The translations under genes and the position numbers were made by a program. This document shows, piece after piece, positions 25,304 through 36,969 of a stretch of DNA of 64,000 nucleotides. Source of the stretch: Gekko japonicus (taxonomy: Eukaryota); NCBI RefSeq assembly GCF_001447785.1, contig NW_015167559.1, positions 124,001 to 188,000 of the forward strand. Reading direction: 5' to 3'. A model generated the notes under the pieces. The model did no database searches. It was not told the origin of the DNA and saw nothing but the letters and a program-made list of their open reading frames with translations. Within the stretch, counting starts at the first letter, position 1; each line of letters starts with the position of its first letter.

Positions 25304-25470
25304 CTTGAAGTTTTCTACTAAGTTCAAGTTTTTCCTGCTCTAGCCGTCTTATTCGCCTCTCATACGCTTCTGTGGCTAATGTATCCTCAAGTGTCCTTTG
25401 AATGTTGGCATCAAGGTCCACAGCAGGTTGTCCAGCAGCAAATCTTAAACTACTGCAGTCCGAAAGGACA
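25304..25470 (-). CDS. CDC42BPA: MRCK-alpha exon (exon 10 equivalent), 167 nt
   Basis: tttcag|T GTC CTT...CAA G|gtatta; VLSDCSSLRFAAGQPAVDLDANIQRTLEDTLATEAYERRIRRLEQEKLELSRKLQ. Confidence 0.97.
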
Positions 25471-26205
25471 CTGAAATGATGAAACAACAAAACCCTGAAC
25501 AGATTTTACCAATATTTTAACTTAATCTTTATTCTAGTGGATCAACAGTACTATCCTAAGCAGGGTTACACCATTCTAAGTCCACTGAAGTGCTTAGGAT
25601 GGCACTACAATATTAGATTCCAGCATAAACGCTTAAAATAACAACAGTGGCATAGCTTACAGATATTATGCAAAGCACACTCTGATTTGCGACAATATGT
25701 ACATTTGAAAGGGAGCTGCAGCCCATCCTGGCGCCCAATAACAGCGCTTGTATTATACTTGTGAAATAAAACACTTTTACAGCAATCACCTATTACATTT
25801 TTGATATATATTTTTAAATGTCATGTCTGAAACTACTCACAGTGAAGCTGATGGCTTGTATACCACCAAGTGCCACATACTATTATTAACAGTGCATTTT
25901 TCCTTTATTTTATTTATTTATTAGATTTTTACCCCGCCCTCCCAGCAATTTCCCACATGGAAATTTTGTTATGTTACTGGGTAGAAGTCAACATCTGACT
26001 TCATTCAATAAAACCACATTCTTTATATGTTGTCATATTCGGCACTAACTCATTATTCAGGAAACAGAAAAGATCAAATTTGTTTTTACATGTTTACAGA
26101 TTAACTGGAGAAGAAAAAATTAGGACATGGGAATGTGCAGTTTGTCTAATAAACTTGTAACTAAAATGAACAGTTGCTATAAATTAATACAAATTTTCTA
26201 CTCAC

Positions 26206-26285
26206 CAGTTACTTGTGTATGTGAATCCTACAAATGGCAGATGATGGCCTGAAAATGCAGTATGTGTTGGTGGGGGCATTGTCTC
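26206..26285 (-). CDS. CDC42BPA: MRCK-alpha exon (exon 9 equivalent), 80 nt, hydrophobic motif FVGFTY
   Basis: cactag|GAG ACA ATG...AAC TG|gtgagt; ETMPPPTHTAFSGHHLPFVGFTYTSN(C). Confidence 0.97.
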
Positions 26286-26882
26286 CTAGTGGATAAAAGA
26301 ACATTGTACAGAATTAGATTTTATTAGTGTGTGGGGGGGAGCCCTGATACATATGAAAGCAGGGTACGACAGGACAAGTAGCAACTGGCCCTGGGATGTA
26401 AATGAACAACCATGCCTCTTCCCTCCTTGATGGAAAGAGCATTGAACAGTTAATACAGCTGCCTTTACTAGCCTTTTAAGGTACTACAATGGTCTGCATG
26501 GTCAGGTCCAGGGTTCCTTATTCCCAGCCACACCTGCCATCTAAAGTACAGACAGACAAACAGGAAAGACCACAACTATATTCTTTCCTGCTGGAAGGAA
26601 GCACAACATACAATAATGCTTCAACACACTTAGGCCCTCTCAGCAAGGGAGAGAAATGGGTAAGTTTCTTTAAAAAATGATTGCTTAAAACAATCACTAC
26701 AATACACCATGTCAAATATATCAAATAAAGAAAACTTCAATTTTCAATAAATTTAGAAGGATATAATACCATTAGGATTGCACTGTAAATCACTGATATT
26801 CAAGTGCTATATTTCTGAAAAATTCAGAGCATGAAACAAACATAAAATCAAATTTTGAGGAAGTTGCACTCATATAACTCAC

Positions 26883-27131
26883 AGAATTCTTCAAACAATC
26901 ATCATCCACATCAAAGTTTGATGTATCTGTTGGACTGCTAACTTCAGGGATATAAGGTGCTTCACAATTTCGAATGTTATCCCAGTCAATCCCTGCAAAG
27001 AATGGGTGGTTCTTAAAATCTTCTATCCCGTTCTGCCCAAGTCTGTGTTCTCTGCTGCAGATGAGCCTACGAATAAGGTCTTTTGCATTTTCAGATATAT
27101 CCGCCACTTGGACAGGAAACTGAAACCTCTC
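26883..27131 (-). CDS. CDC42BPA: MRCK-alpha exon (exon 8 equivalent), 249 nt, end of kinase domain and AGC tail
   Basis: ctttaag|GAG AGG...AAT TCT|gtgagt; [39 protein letters not shown]...[17 protein letters not shown]. Confidence 0.98.
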
Positions 27132-27567
27132 CTTAAAGAAAAGATTGTGAAAATTAGGGACACAGCAAGAACTTAAGAGTTTTTTGAAACCAGAAGGGCT
27201 TGCCAATTGATTTGACACACTTGTCTCTTTTCTATTACTCCTATGGTCATTTCTCTATCTTTATTAGTTCTCTTGTTTCATGAACCAATAACAACAAATA
27301 ATTTGGTAACTACTAAGGTTAAACACGTGTTTATGCAGTGAAGACTCTGTTGATGGTTGGACTTCTTAACAATAAATCAATACAAGCTTCTGAAAGTATG
27401 AGATTTCCACTACAAATCTGTTATATTTAATTTGGATCCTACAATTCCCTTCTGCTAAGGGAAGACTTTTGCTCTGAAGCATAAGTCCTTAGTGAAAGGA
27501 AGTTCTAGGATTCCACCCATTGTTAATCAATCCTACAACTACTTAAAACTAATATCTGAATCACTTC

Positions 27568-28063
27568 CTGAGGTCGATTCGGGGGGGGGGGGTCACGGGG
27601 GATTGCAGTTCCCCCGGGTGAGATGCAGGGGGCGGGGCACACAACTAAGCCCCGCCCCCTTCTTCTGGCCGCCCCCTGCTTCCAGCCTCATCCTGTTGCA
27701 GAAGGAGGAAGAAGCAGGAGGGTAAGTTGGCGTCCTCCCCCTCTGCCTGGCCAAGGCCACTCCACGTGGCCTCCGCAAGAACTCCCAGCCCCATCTAGGA
27801 GCTTCCCCGAGGTAGCTGTGTTAGTCTGTTGCTGCAAAATAGTCCAAGAGTTCAAATAGCACCTTTAAGACTAACAAATAGCACCTTTAAGACTAACCTT
27901 TAAGACTAAGACTGAGTGGTGGGTGTGGCCTTATGACACACTTCTGGGGACGGCAGGGGGTGTGGCCTTATGACACACTTCCGGTGATGTCAGGGGGTGT
28001 GGCATATGCTAATGAGTTATGCTCATGAGTTCCCCTAGCTCTTTTTCTACGAAACGACCCCTG
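27568..28063. mobile_element. hAT-type MITE (family of 4593, inverted) carrying a Penelope pLTR fragment at ~27810-27915
   Basis: Perfect TSD atcacttc (27560-27567, 28064-28071); gcatatgctaatgagttatgc matches the 4593 copy. Confidence 0.85.
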
Positions 28064-28162
28064 ATCACTTCCAAATCATGCAGCATAACCATGGTACACA
28101 ATGATCAAAAGGATACTTAGAAATTATTTTGACCAGTATACCATATTAAAAGAAACTGTACT

Positions 28163-30457
28163 GGAGAACCGCACCGGTGCGGCGCGGCAATGGGCGGAGT
28201 GCGGCTTCTCTCCGTGCCGCCTGACCGCTTACGGCTCTTTCCGAGTCTCCCGGTTGCTGGGAGAACTTGGCCAGCCCTCTCGGAATGAGGGCTGCAGTAA
28301 GGGGCGTCTTTTTTGGCCCCTCCTGCACTCGGCAAAGCGGGGGGGTGCCCAGAAACAGCCCCGATACAAGACCGTATGCTGGGGAAGAACATGGCTACTG
28401 CCATGTTCGGACTAGCCGCAGCCATCTGGCTTTTTTTTTAACTAAATGGAAGTTTCAACGAAGATACATATTACTACGGCAAGACAGAAGAAAACTGAAA
28501 GAGTGAGTAAGTTTTGGTGAAGTGCTAAGAAAAATCTCCAAAGAGGAAGTGTCCAAGAGTGGAAGTGAAAACGGCCGAGAGAAGTAAGGGACTTAATTTT
28601 GTATCGGTGCCTGACGAGGGGAAAAAGAAAATATAACTGCTGGCGTGCTTGTTGGTTGATGGACTTGTACTACTGGCAAAAATGCTAAAAGGGAAAAGAA
28701 TTGACTGGCAGAAAGGTTTATGGAACACAGGGAAGCCTTTGTTGGAAATTTAAGTAGAACGATATGGAGAACTTGTTGGAGATGGAGGAAGAGACAGAAG
28801 CGGAGCAGGAGCTGGATGAAAACGCCGAGGTGGGTGAGCTGACTGTGGAACAATTTTTGAGAATACTGAGGGTGACAATTCAGAGAGAATGTAAAGAAGC
28901 ATGCGAGAAAATAGTGGAAAAATTGGATAATGTGCAGAGAGGGTTTGGAAAGTTGGTGGAAATAGAACAGCCCAATTGGAGAGAAACACCAGAGGAGCGG
29001 CAAAAGGAGAAGTGTGTAGACATTAAAGAAAATGAAGTGGAGCCTATGCAAGAGAAAGAATGTGTGTTGAGTGAAAAAACTGGCAAGGATTTAAAGGGAA
29101 AAGATGTGTGAAAGTGGGACTTTTCAACTGTAATAAGAGACGGAAGAAGGAAAGAGAAGGAGAAAGGAGGATCAAGAGAAAGAAAAGAAGGGCCTGGAAA
29201 TTTAAAGATAACAGTAAAAGAAGGAAGATGGAATGGTTGAACAACAGCAAGGAGAAATCTGGGAAGCTAAGAAGACATAAAGACCGAAGGCATGTAGATA
29301 GATTGAAGCAGAAAAGTAGATTGTTGATGTGTAAGAGGAAGAACAAGTTATTTAGAAAGATAGAATGAATGGTTTATACCTAAGATAAGATCAGATGGAA
29401 TAATGACCTGGATGTTTAATATGGAATTTGACTTAGGGTATAATGTTTATGTTTATGTTTCTGTCTCATGTATGAGCTTACTAGAATAACAGGAGGGGAT
29501 GTTTGACCCAGATAATGATATAGTAAGTTATTGGATATTAATTAAAGATCTTAATGAGGATTGTCAATAATGCAATAATATTAAATAAAATATTGAAGGG
29601 GGTACTAAATTGGCAATGTAAGTAGAAGAATGGTGTTTAGGAGATTAAATAAAGTTATGTAACAAGATGAAATGAGTGGGTGATGTATGATTGGAGGGAA
29701 TAATGAATTAGAATGTATTTAAGTATTTATAGAGATTTTCTTTATTGGTTTTTTTTGTCAGTTTATGATGTGAGTTTATTAGAAAATCATGATGGAAAAC
29801 TTAGTGATTTAATGTGATATTAGATATGAACAGGATAAAATAAAAGGAACATTGGAGGGGTGATGAAGTAGGAAACCAGGAGATAAATTTTAAAATAATT
29901 TATAAAAAATTTAGTGGAAGATATTTATTTAAACATGTATGTATTTATTAGTGTATAGTGGTTTTGGGAAGCTGAGTAGTGAGAAGGGTATGATTGAATG
30001 AGACTAGATAGTTTACTAATTGGATGGTTGTTACAATATCAATTGCGGGTCAAACAAAGATAACTTACTGTGGGAAGGTATAACTAATACATAGGAGATA
30101 AAGAGTTAATGGAAAATTAAGGGGAAAAATTAAAAAAAAGAAAAAAGAAAAGATAAATAAATTTGACTTTAAACCCTGTGTCCCATAATGGAAATAAGGT
30201 GCCGTAGGATACTAGTATGTTATAATATTGCCAATATGATCTTATTTAGGGCAGTATTCTATTCCAGAGGAAAATTAAAAGTTATATTGCTGTATATTCA
30301 ACTTAGATTGGAGAATATGACTGATATCTCTGTGTTGCTGGAAAGAGAATAATGAGTCGAGAAAAATGTATATGTATTCTTGTTGATTAGATATGTATGT
30401 ATGATACAGGCTTATATTGGAAAAACCTAATAAATATATTGTAAAAAAATAAATAAA
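28163..30457 (+). mobile_element. Non-autonomous L1-mobilised retroposon (element D), ~2.3 kb
   Basis: 16-bp TSD taaaagaaactgtact (28147-28162, 30458-30473) at a TT/AAAA site; CpG-rich 5' end, short acidic ORF 28764-29111, AATAAA and (AAAT)n tail. Confidence 0.85.
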
Positions 30458-30651
30458 TAAAAGAAACTGTACTATAAGCATGTGATGTACGAAATATTAT
30501 CATTACAATGACAGTACAAAAGAGAATTAAAGCTGATAAAAAGCAAGACTGTAATTAATTAAACACATTCTACAAGTGAAACAGACGATAAGCAATTTAT
30601 AAATAACATAGCAATTAGCAGAACTAGCAGTTATTCAAGATTAATGGTTTA

Positions 30652-30885
<234 letters not shown>

Positions 30886-30943
30886 TTAGCAGCTGCATGA
30901 CTAAAAACGATCTACAATATTATGCATTCTTCTGTGTGAAGAT

Positions 30944-31825
30944 TAGTGTATGTACAAAAAATCATTTTTTCCCTGATTCGGATCTATTGGACCTGGAAAA
31001 ATATCGGTATTCCTGAATATTTCCAAATACCAATATCGGTATCGTACTGGTATTTGGGTAAATATTCAGGAAAGGTGCAATTATTCAGCTCTGTTATATC
31101 GGCAAGTGAAATTCTCCATAAGGTGTAATGGAAAATTTCACTTGCACCCCATAGGGTATAATGGAGAATTTCACTTGCCAAGTTGTGCTGCAGCGGCAGC
31201 ATGACTTGGCGAGTTCAGAAGGCATTTAAACTCTACATGTACTCCATTCACTTGTCAAGTTCTGCCACCATAGTGGTGCTACTCAGTGAGTGAACTGAAG
31301 GCATTTAAACTTTAAATGCCTTCTGAGTTCACTTGCCATGTCACTTGGTCAGTGAACTCAGAAGGCATTTAAATGCCTTCTAGCCACACCTGATTAAAAG
31401 GCAAATAATCTCCGCTTTTATTTGGGCACAGCTATTTCAGCAGCCAAATCAGACTGTCTAAACTGTATTCGGTTGAATAAATATTTTTGAGGTATTTATT
31501 TGAAGAAAAAGAAGAGATTGGATTTATACCCTGCCCTTCACTCAGAGTCTCAGAGCATCTTACAATCTCCTTTTCCTTCCCCTCCCCACAACAGACACCC
31601 TGTGAGGTAGGTGGGGCTGAGAGAGCTCTTTCCAGCACTGTCCTTAAGAGAACAGCTCTGACAGAACTACGGCTTGCCCAAGGTCATCCAGCAGCCGCAT
31701 GTGGAGGAGTGGGGAATCAAACCCAGTTCTCCCAGATTAGAGTCCATGCATTTAACCACTACAGCAAACTACCGTGGTATATACTTGGTATTTTTGACTT
31801 GGTATATACTGAGCGCACACCCTTA
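30944..31825. mobile_element. hAT-type non-autonomous element with internal hairpins, interrupted by a SINE
   Basis: Termini tagtgtatgtac / gcgcacaccctta; TSD gtgaagat/gtgcagat (7 of 8). Confidence 0.65.
31502..31770 (-). mobile_element. Squam3-like SINE
   Basis: Reverse complement of the same SINE. Confidence 0.85.
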
Positions 31826-31963
31826 GTGCAGATGTGTGCATTTCTACTTGTACTGGCCATGAGGGGATGGAAGTAAAGGAGGTGACATTTCCCAGCAGGC
31901 CACTCTAGGGAGGCAAGGAAGGCTTTATCTGAGTCTTAAGCTACATGTAACAACTCACGATCT

Positions 31964-32023
31964 NNNNNNNNNNNNNNNNNNNNNNNNNNNNNNNNNNNNN
32001 NNNNNNNNNNNNNNNNNNNNNNN
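31964..32023. other. Assembly gap (60 N)
   Basis: Run of N. Confidence 1.
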
Positions 32024-33050
32024 CTGTATTTCTGCACAGTTCTCTTTTCTTTCTAATCAGCTGTCCTATATATCTCCATGCCACAGTCCCAGCCCCAGGA
32101 TCACCAAGTGCTTATTTACCTGGCAAAAATGTAAAGTTGTATGCTATTTTACTTGGCCTTGGGTGGCCAAGTGGTGAAATTCTTAGACTTTGGACATCTC
32201 AAACCTTTCCCAGATATCTCTGTTATAAAATAATCATTTACTAATTTGAAGGACTAGGGGAACCACAGCAATAATTCTCTCCCCACCACTGGGAACAACA
32301 TGAGTAAGGAAGCTCAAGTTCTTACCTGTAATCTCCTTGCCTTTTTACTCCCCTTCACTGGGCACAAAGTATACCAGTGTTGCAATGTTGCATATTATAT
32401 TTATGTAGATATTTATATTCCATATTTTCTCCCAAATGAGGACCCAAAACAGGTTACAACCCCATTCTCCCCTCCTCCATTATATCCTCACCAGCCTAAG
32501 AAACATTTGGCTGAGACAGTGTGACTGGTCCAAAGTCATCCAGCAAGCTTCCAGAGTGGCAATTTGAACCTGGGTCTCCTAGATCTTACTCTGACATTGG
32601 TTTTCAGTGACACGCTGGCTTTGAGGCTGCTGCCATCACAGGAACACCAAACGTTATTTTTGTGTGCAGTGGTATTACAAGGGCCAGACTAACCCTTCAC
32701 ATTTCCCTTTGGGCCAGGCTTGAGTGAATGGATTAGTCACACTGAATGAAGGAGATTGATCTTTCTCTCCACTATGTGTCAACTGTATCCCCCAATCTCT
32801 AAGAGTTGTATCCCAGATACTAGCAAAAGTAATTTAGATCTTTTCAATGCCCCCCCCCCCGTGAAGTCCCTTCCAGCCTCCAGAAACTACATTCTAGGGG
32901 TCATAGGACTTGCCTGAATTAATAGCCATACATGGCAGGGGGCAACAGAAGAAGCCTGAAATGACCATATCCTACTTCTGTCAGAAGCAAAGATCCATGC
33001 TTTACACTGGCAGTAAAAAAGATTAAAAACCCTTTGTTCCAGCAATTTAT

Positions 33051-33361
33051 TAGGGTTGCCAAATCGAAAAAGCTTACCGGCGGGGGAGCATCCTGTAGCT
33101 CCGGGAGCCGGCTGGGGATGTGTGCGCGTGCGCGCTTCGCGCTCTAAACTCTTCCGGAGCATCACCGGAAGTGATGTCACACGCTGGGGTGGGGCCATGC
33201 CATTTGAGGGGAAAACTCTTTGTTTTCCCCTCAAATGGCGTCGCCCCGCCCCCAGCGTGCGACGTCACTTCCGGGTGACGCACACACGGAAGTGGGGTTT
33301 CCCCCGGGCCAGGGCTCGAAACTGGGGGGAATTCCGCCCCCCGGGGGATTTGGGAACCCTA
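33051..33361. mobile_element. hAT MITE (tagggttgcca TIR, CpG-rich type)
   Basis: TIRs tagggttgccaaatc / gatttgggaacccta; perfect TSD caatttat; 16-bp duplication of the right junction follows. Confidence 0.92.
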
Positions 33362-34027
33362 CAATTTATAGACCCTACAATTTATAGACCCTCTCCTCCA
33401 TTCACACATCCATTCAGTCATATGTATTTTACTCATCCTTTACTAAGCATCCAAACTCTGCAATGGAGACCTAAATTTTCAGTGGTGATACTGAGAAATA
33501 AGTGACATCTTTATTGCTTAATGGTGGTGTAAATCAAAATAATGTGATTTTTCCAACTATTAACATTTTTCAGTAATCTGAACAACCATGCCATAGGTTA
33601 TTTTAACCATGCACTTTAAAGTTATCAACAATGCTTGTATCAAGATATTTATTCAGTGAATTTTATTTTTAATATTGTTAATTTTCAAACATCAATAGCA
33701 GGTAGAGAACTTATGAAGTAGACAAGTTATGAAGCAGAGCGCTCCATGTAGCTCAATAATCAATATAATATGATCCTTTTTAACATCTGTATATTCAATG
33801 TTAAGTATGGAAGCCAATATCAGTAATACTGTTAAAATCTGGATGCTTGTGAAACCCCTCATTTGCGAATGGTACAGCTGATCTATTTACAACCACCCCA
33901 ACATTATCAACATAAGTATTAAAATGGTCATTTTACAGGAAGGAATGTTCATTAGCATCACCATTTATAGTGACAAAAACAGACCAGAAATGAATGGGAG
34001 GGGAAATGATACACTAGCTGTTTTCTA

Positions 34028-34153
<126 letters not shown>

Positions 34154-34277
34154 CTACATTAATTCTTATTACATGTGTGGACAAGTATAGTAAAACATTT
34201 GACATTTTAATCATTTGTACTTTGTTTTTGGTACATTCCAAACTGATACACATATCTTTAAAGTTAACTCATCCTTT

Positions 34278-34490
34278 ACACACATGAAGCTGCCTTATAC
34301 TGAATCAGACCCTTGGTCTATCAGGGTCAGTATTGTCTACTCAGACTGGCAGCAGCTCTCCAGAGTCTCACACAGAGGTCTTTCACGTCACCTACTACCT
34401 GATCCTTTTAAATGGAGATGCCAGGGATTTAATGTGGGACCTTCTGCATGCCAAGCAGATGCACTACCACTGAGCCACAGCTCATCCCCA
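34278..34490 (-). mobile_element. tRNA-derived SINE, second family
   Basis: Reverse complement starts ggggatgagctgtggctcagtggtag (A box) and ends aggcagcttcatgtgt; degraded plus-strand copy at ~38497-38690. Confidence 0.75.
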
Positions 34491-34813
34491 AAGGCAGGAC
34501 TGTAATCCAGTTAAAGAAATCTTAATCATATAAACTTGCATCCAAACATACATTCCAAAGATTTAAGGGACCTTAAGTTTTTTTACAAGGGGGCAAGAAT
34601 TTCCACTGATTCTCACTCCCACTGCAGACCCCCACTTTCCCCCTTATCCTGCCCTTGGGGGGTCCAGTGGCTCCAGATAACAAAATTTGGCATGTGCTCT
34701 ATATGAAAGAGATTCGGAAGGTGTAATTAGTACAGGAGCAGGAGTGCTGCCTAATACTACTTATAAGGAGCATGACTCACCAGTAACCAAGCCAAGTATG
34801 ATGTTTGTCCGAC

Positions 34814-35225
34814 TAGGGACCCCAGCCCCCCTGGTCTGGGAGGGAGAACCCCCCGATTTGGAGCAGGCTTCCCTCCTGCCGGTCAGCTGGCCAGTGGGTA
34901 GAAATCCTGACCCCAAATTATGTTTTTGGGCCACTTCCAGTAAGACCGGAAGTACTACCCCGATGTGATGACATCACCTGGAAGTGATGTCATCACAGTG
35001 GAAACATCGTGCGTGGATGCTCTGGTATTTGGGGAATATGGTTTTGAGGGCAAAAAACCAGAGTTTCACCCAAAAACCAGAGCATCCCCCCCACGACATT
35101 TCTGGTGTGTTGATGTCACTCCCAGGTGATGTCACTGCAACAGGGACATCACACAACATCCTTCCACCTTCCAGAATGTCCCCCAAAGCTTCCCGCTGGC
35201 ACAGGTAAGGGACCAGGCAACCATA
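34814..35225. mobile_element. hAT MITE (tagggttgcca family), degraded
   Basis: TSD tgtccgac/tgtctgac; gatgtcac/ggaagtg repeats. Confidence 0.75.
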
Positions 35226-36205
35226 TGTCTGACTCTGATCTGGAAGCCTGAGGTTCAAATGCTCACTCTGATATGGAAGCTTTGTTAGCCAAATTGCCTT
35301 AATTAATTAATAAGCTTGGGGAATTATGAATACAGTCTTTAATAATGCCATCTGGCTGCATGGCAACAGCTTACAAGGTGACCTAGCACCAGTCACACAC
35401 TCTCAGCCTAACCTACCTCACAAGGTTGTTCTGAGGATAAAATGGAAGAGAGGAGAATTATGTGAGCCACTTTGGGTCTCTATTGGGAAGAAGGCATAAT
35501 ATAAATGAAGTAAATAAATAAATTAAATAATAGAGAATTGCACTGGCAGTTAATCTGCATCCAGGCCCAATTCAAAGACCTGGTTATTATAAGCTTTAAA
35601 GTCTTGAACAACCTAGGACTAGATTACTTAAAGAATGGCCAGTTCCTATACAAACCTGCCTCCCAGTTGAAATTAGGTTGAGAGAACCCTATCTGCATGC
35701 ACCACCTTCTGAAATGAAGTGGGTGGCCAAACAGCCTCTTCTGTTGTGGCACATCAGATCGTCAATGCATTCTGTACAGCCTGGCACTGAATTTGCTGGG
35801 AATTCACTGCTCAGGAAAGATTTTGCTTTCTAATACCCAGGCCTGTCCTTGGAGTTGTTTAATACCCAGGCCTGCCCTGCACCCAATTTTTGAGCTTTTC
35901 ATTATATATTTTTATAATGATATGTTTTAAATGTTTTGATGTTTATGGTTTTATGGTTATTGTTTTTGTAAAATATACATACTATTAGCTGTCTCTGTAA
36001 TTTATTTGACTGAGAGTATGGGTGATTCCTGAAAGTGGTGGTGCTACAGAAAACTTTCTTTGACATGGTGGCTCAAAACAACCAGTGAGAGACATGTGCA
36101 GCTTTGTAGGTGTAATGCAGAAATGAGAACACAGAAATACTAGAGTAACATGCAACCCTTAATTTCCAATTGGATTGGAGAAATCATCTGATCTATTTGA
36201 TGGGT

Positions 36206-36586
36206 TAGGCTTGCCAGCACCTAGGTCTGGGCGGAGGATCCCCCTTCTCCTCACCACGGACCAGATGGCCAGTGGGGAAAACCCTGCCCCTAAACAGGGA
36301 TGTTGTCGCATGATGTCTGACATGGTATCACCTGGAAGTGATGTCATTAAGTTACGGATGTCATATGTGGACATCATGCGTGGACACTCTGGTATTTGGG
36401 TAAACTCTACAGTTTGAGGGCAAAAAAACCCATAGAGTTTCGCCCAGCTACCAGAGCATTCCCGCTGTGGTGATGTCACTTCTGGGTGATGTTATCACAC
36501 TGGGCATGTCACATGATGTCCCTGCCCACCCTCAGAACGTCCCCCAAATCCCCTTGCTAAGGTGACAAGGGGACCTGGCAACCCTA
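36206..36586. mobile_element. hAT MITE (tagggttgcca family)
   Basis: Termini taggcttgcca / tggcaacccta; TSD tgatgggt/tgctgggt. Confidence 0.82.
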
Positions 36587-36690
36587 TGCTGGGTGCTCCC
36601 CACAGCAAACAGAAAAAAGTCACAATATGCTGGATGAGGGTGGTCGTGACTGGTTGCACATGCTGCGAACTTGCATTATTGATGCTACCT

Positions 36691-36969
36691 AGAAGGAGGA
36701 GGCAGAGGATGAGGAGATTGGATTTATGCCCCACCCTTCACTACCCAAAGGAGTCTCAGAGCGGCTTACAATCGCATTCCCTCCCCCTCCCCACAACAGA
36801 CACCCTGTGAGGTAGGTGGGGATGAGAGAACTCTTTTGAGAACAGCTCTGCAAAAATTTATGACTGACCCAAGGTCACACCACCAGCTGAATGTGGAGGA
36901 GTGGGGAATCAAACACGGTTCTCCCAGATTAGAGTCTGCACTCTTAACTACTACACCAAACTGGCTCTC
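36691..36969 (-). mobile_element. Squam3-like SINE
   Basis: Full reverse-complement copy ending caccaaactggctctc. Confidence 0.85.
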
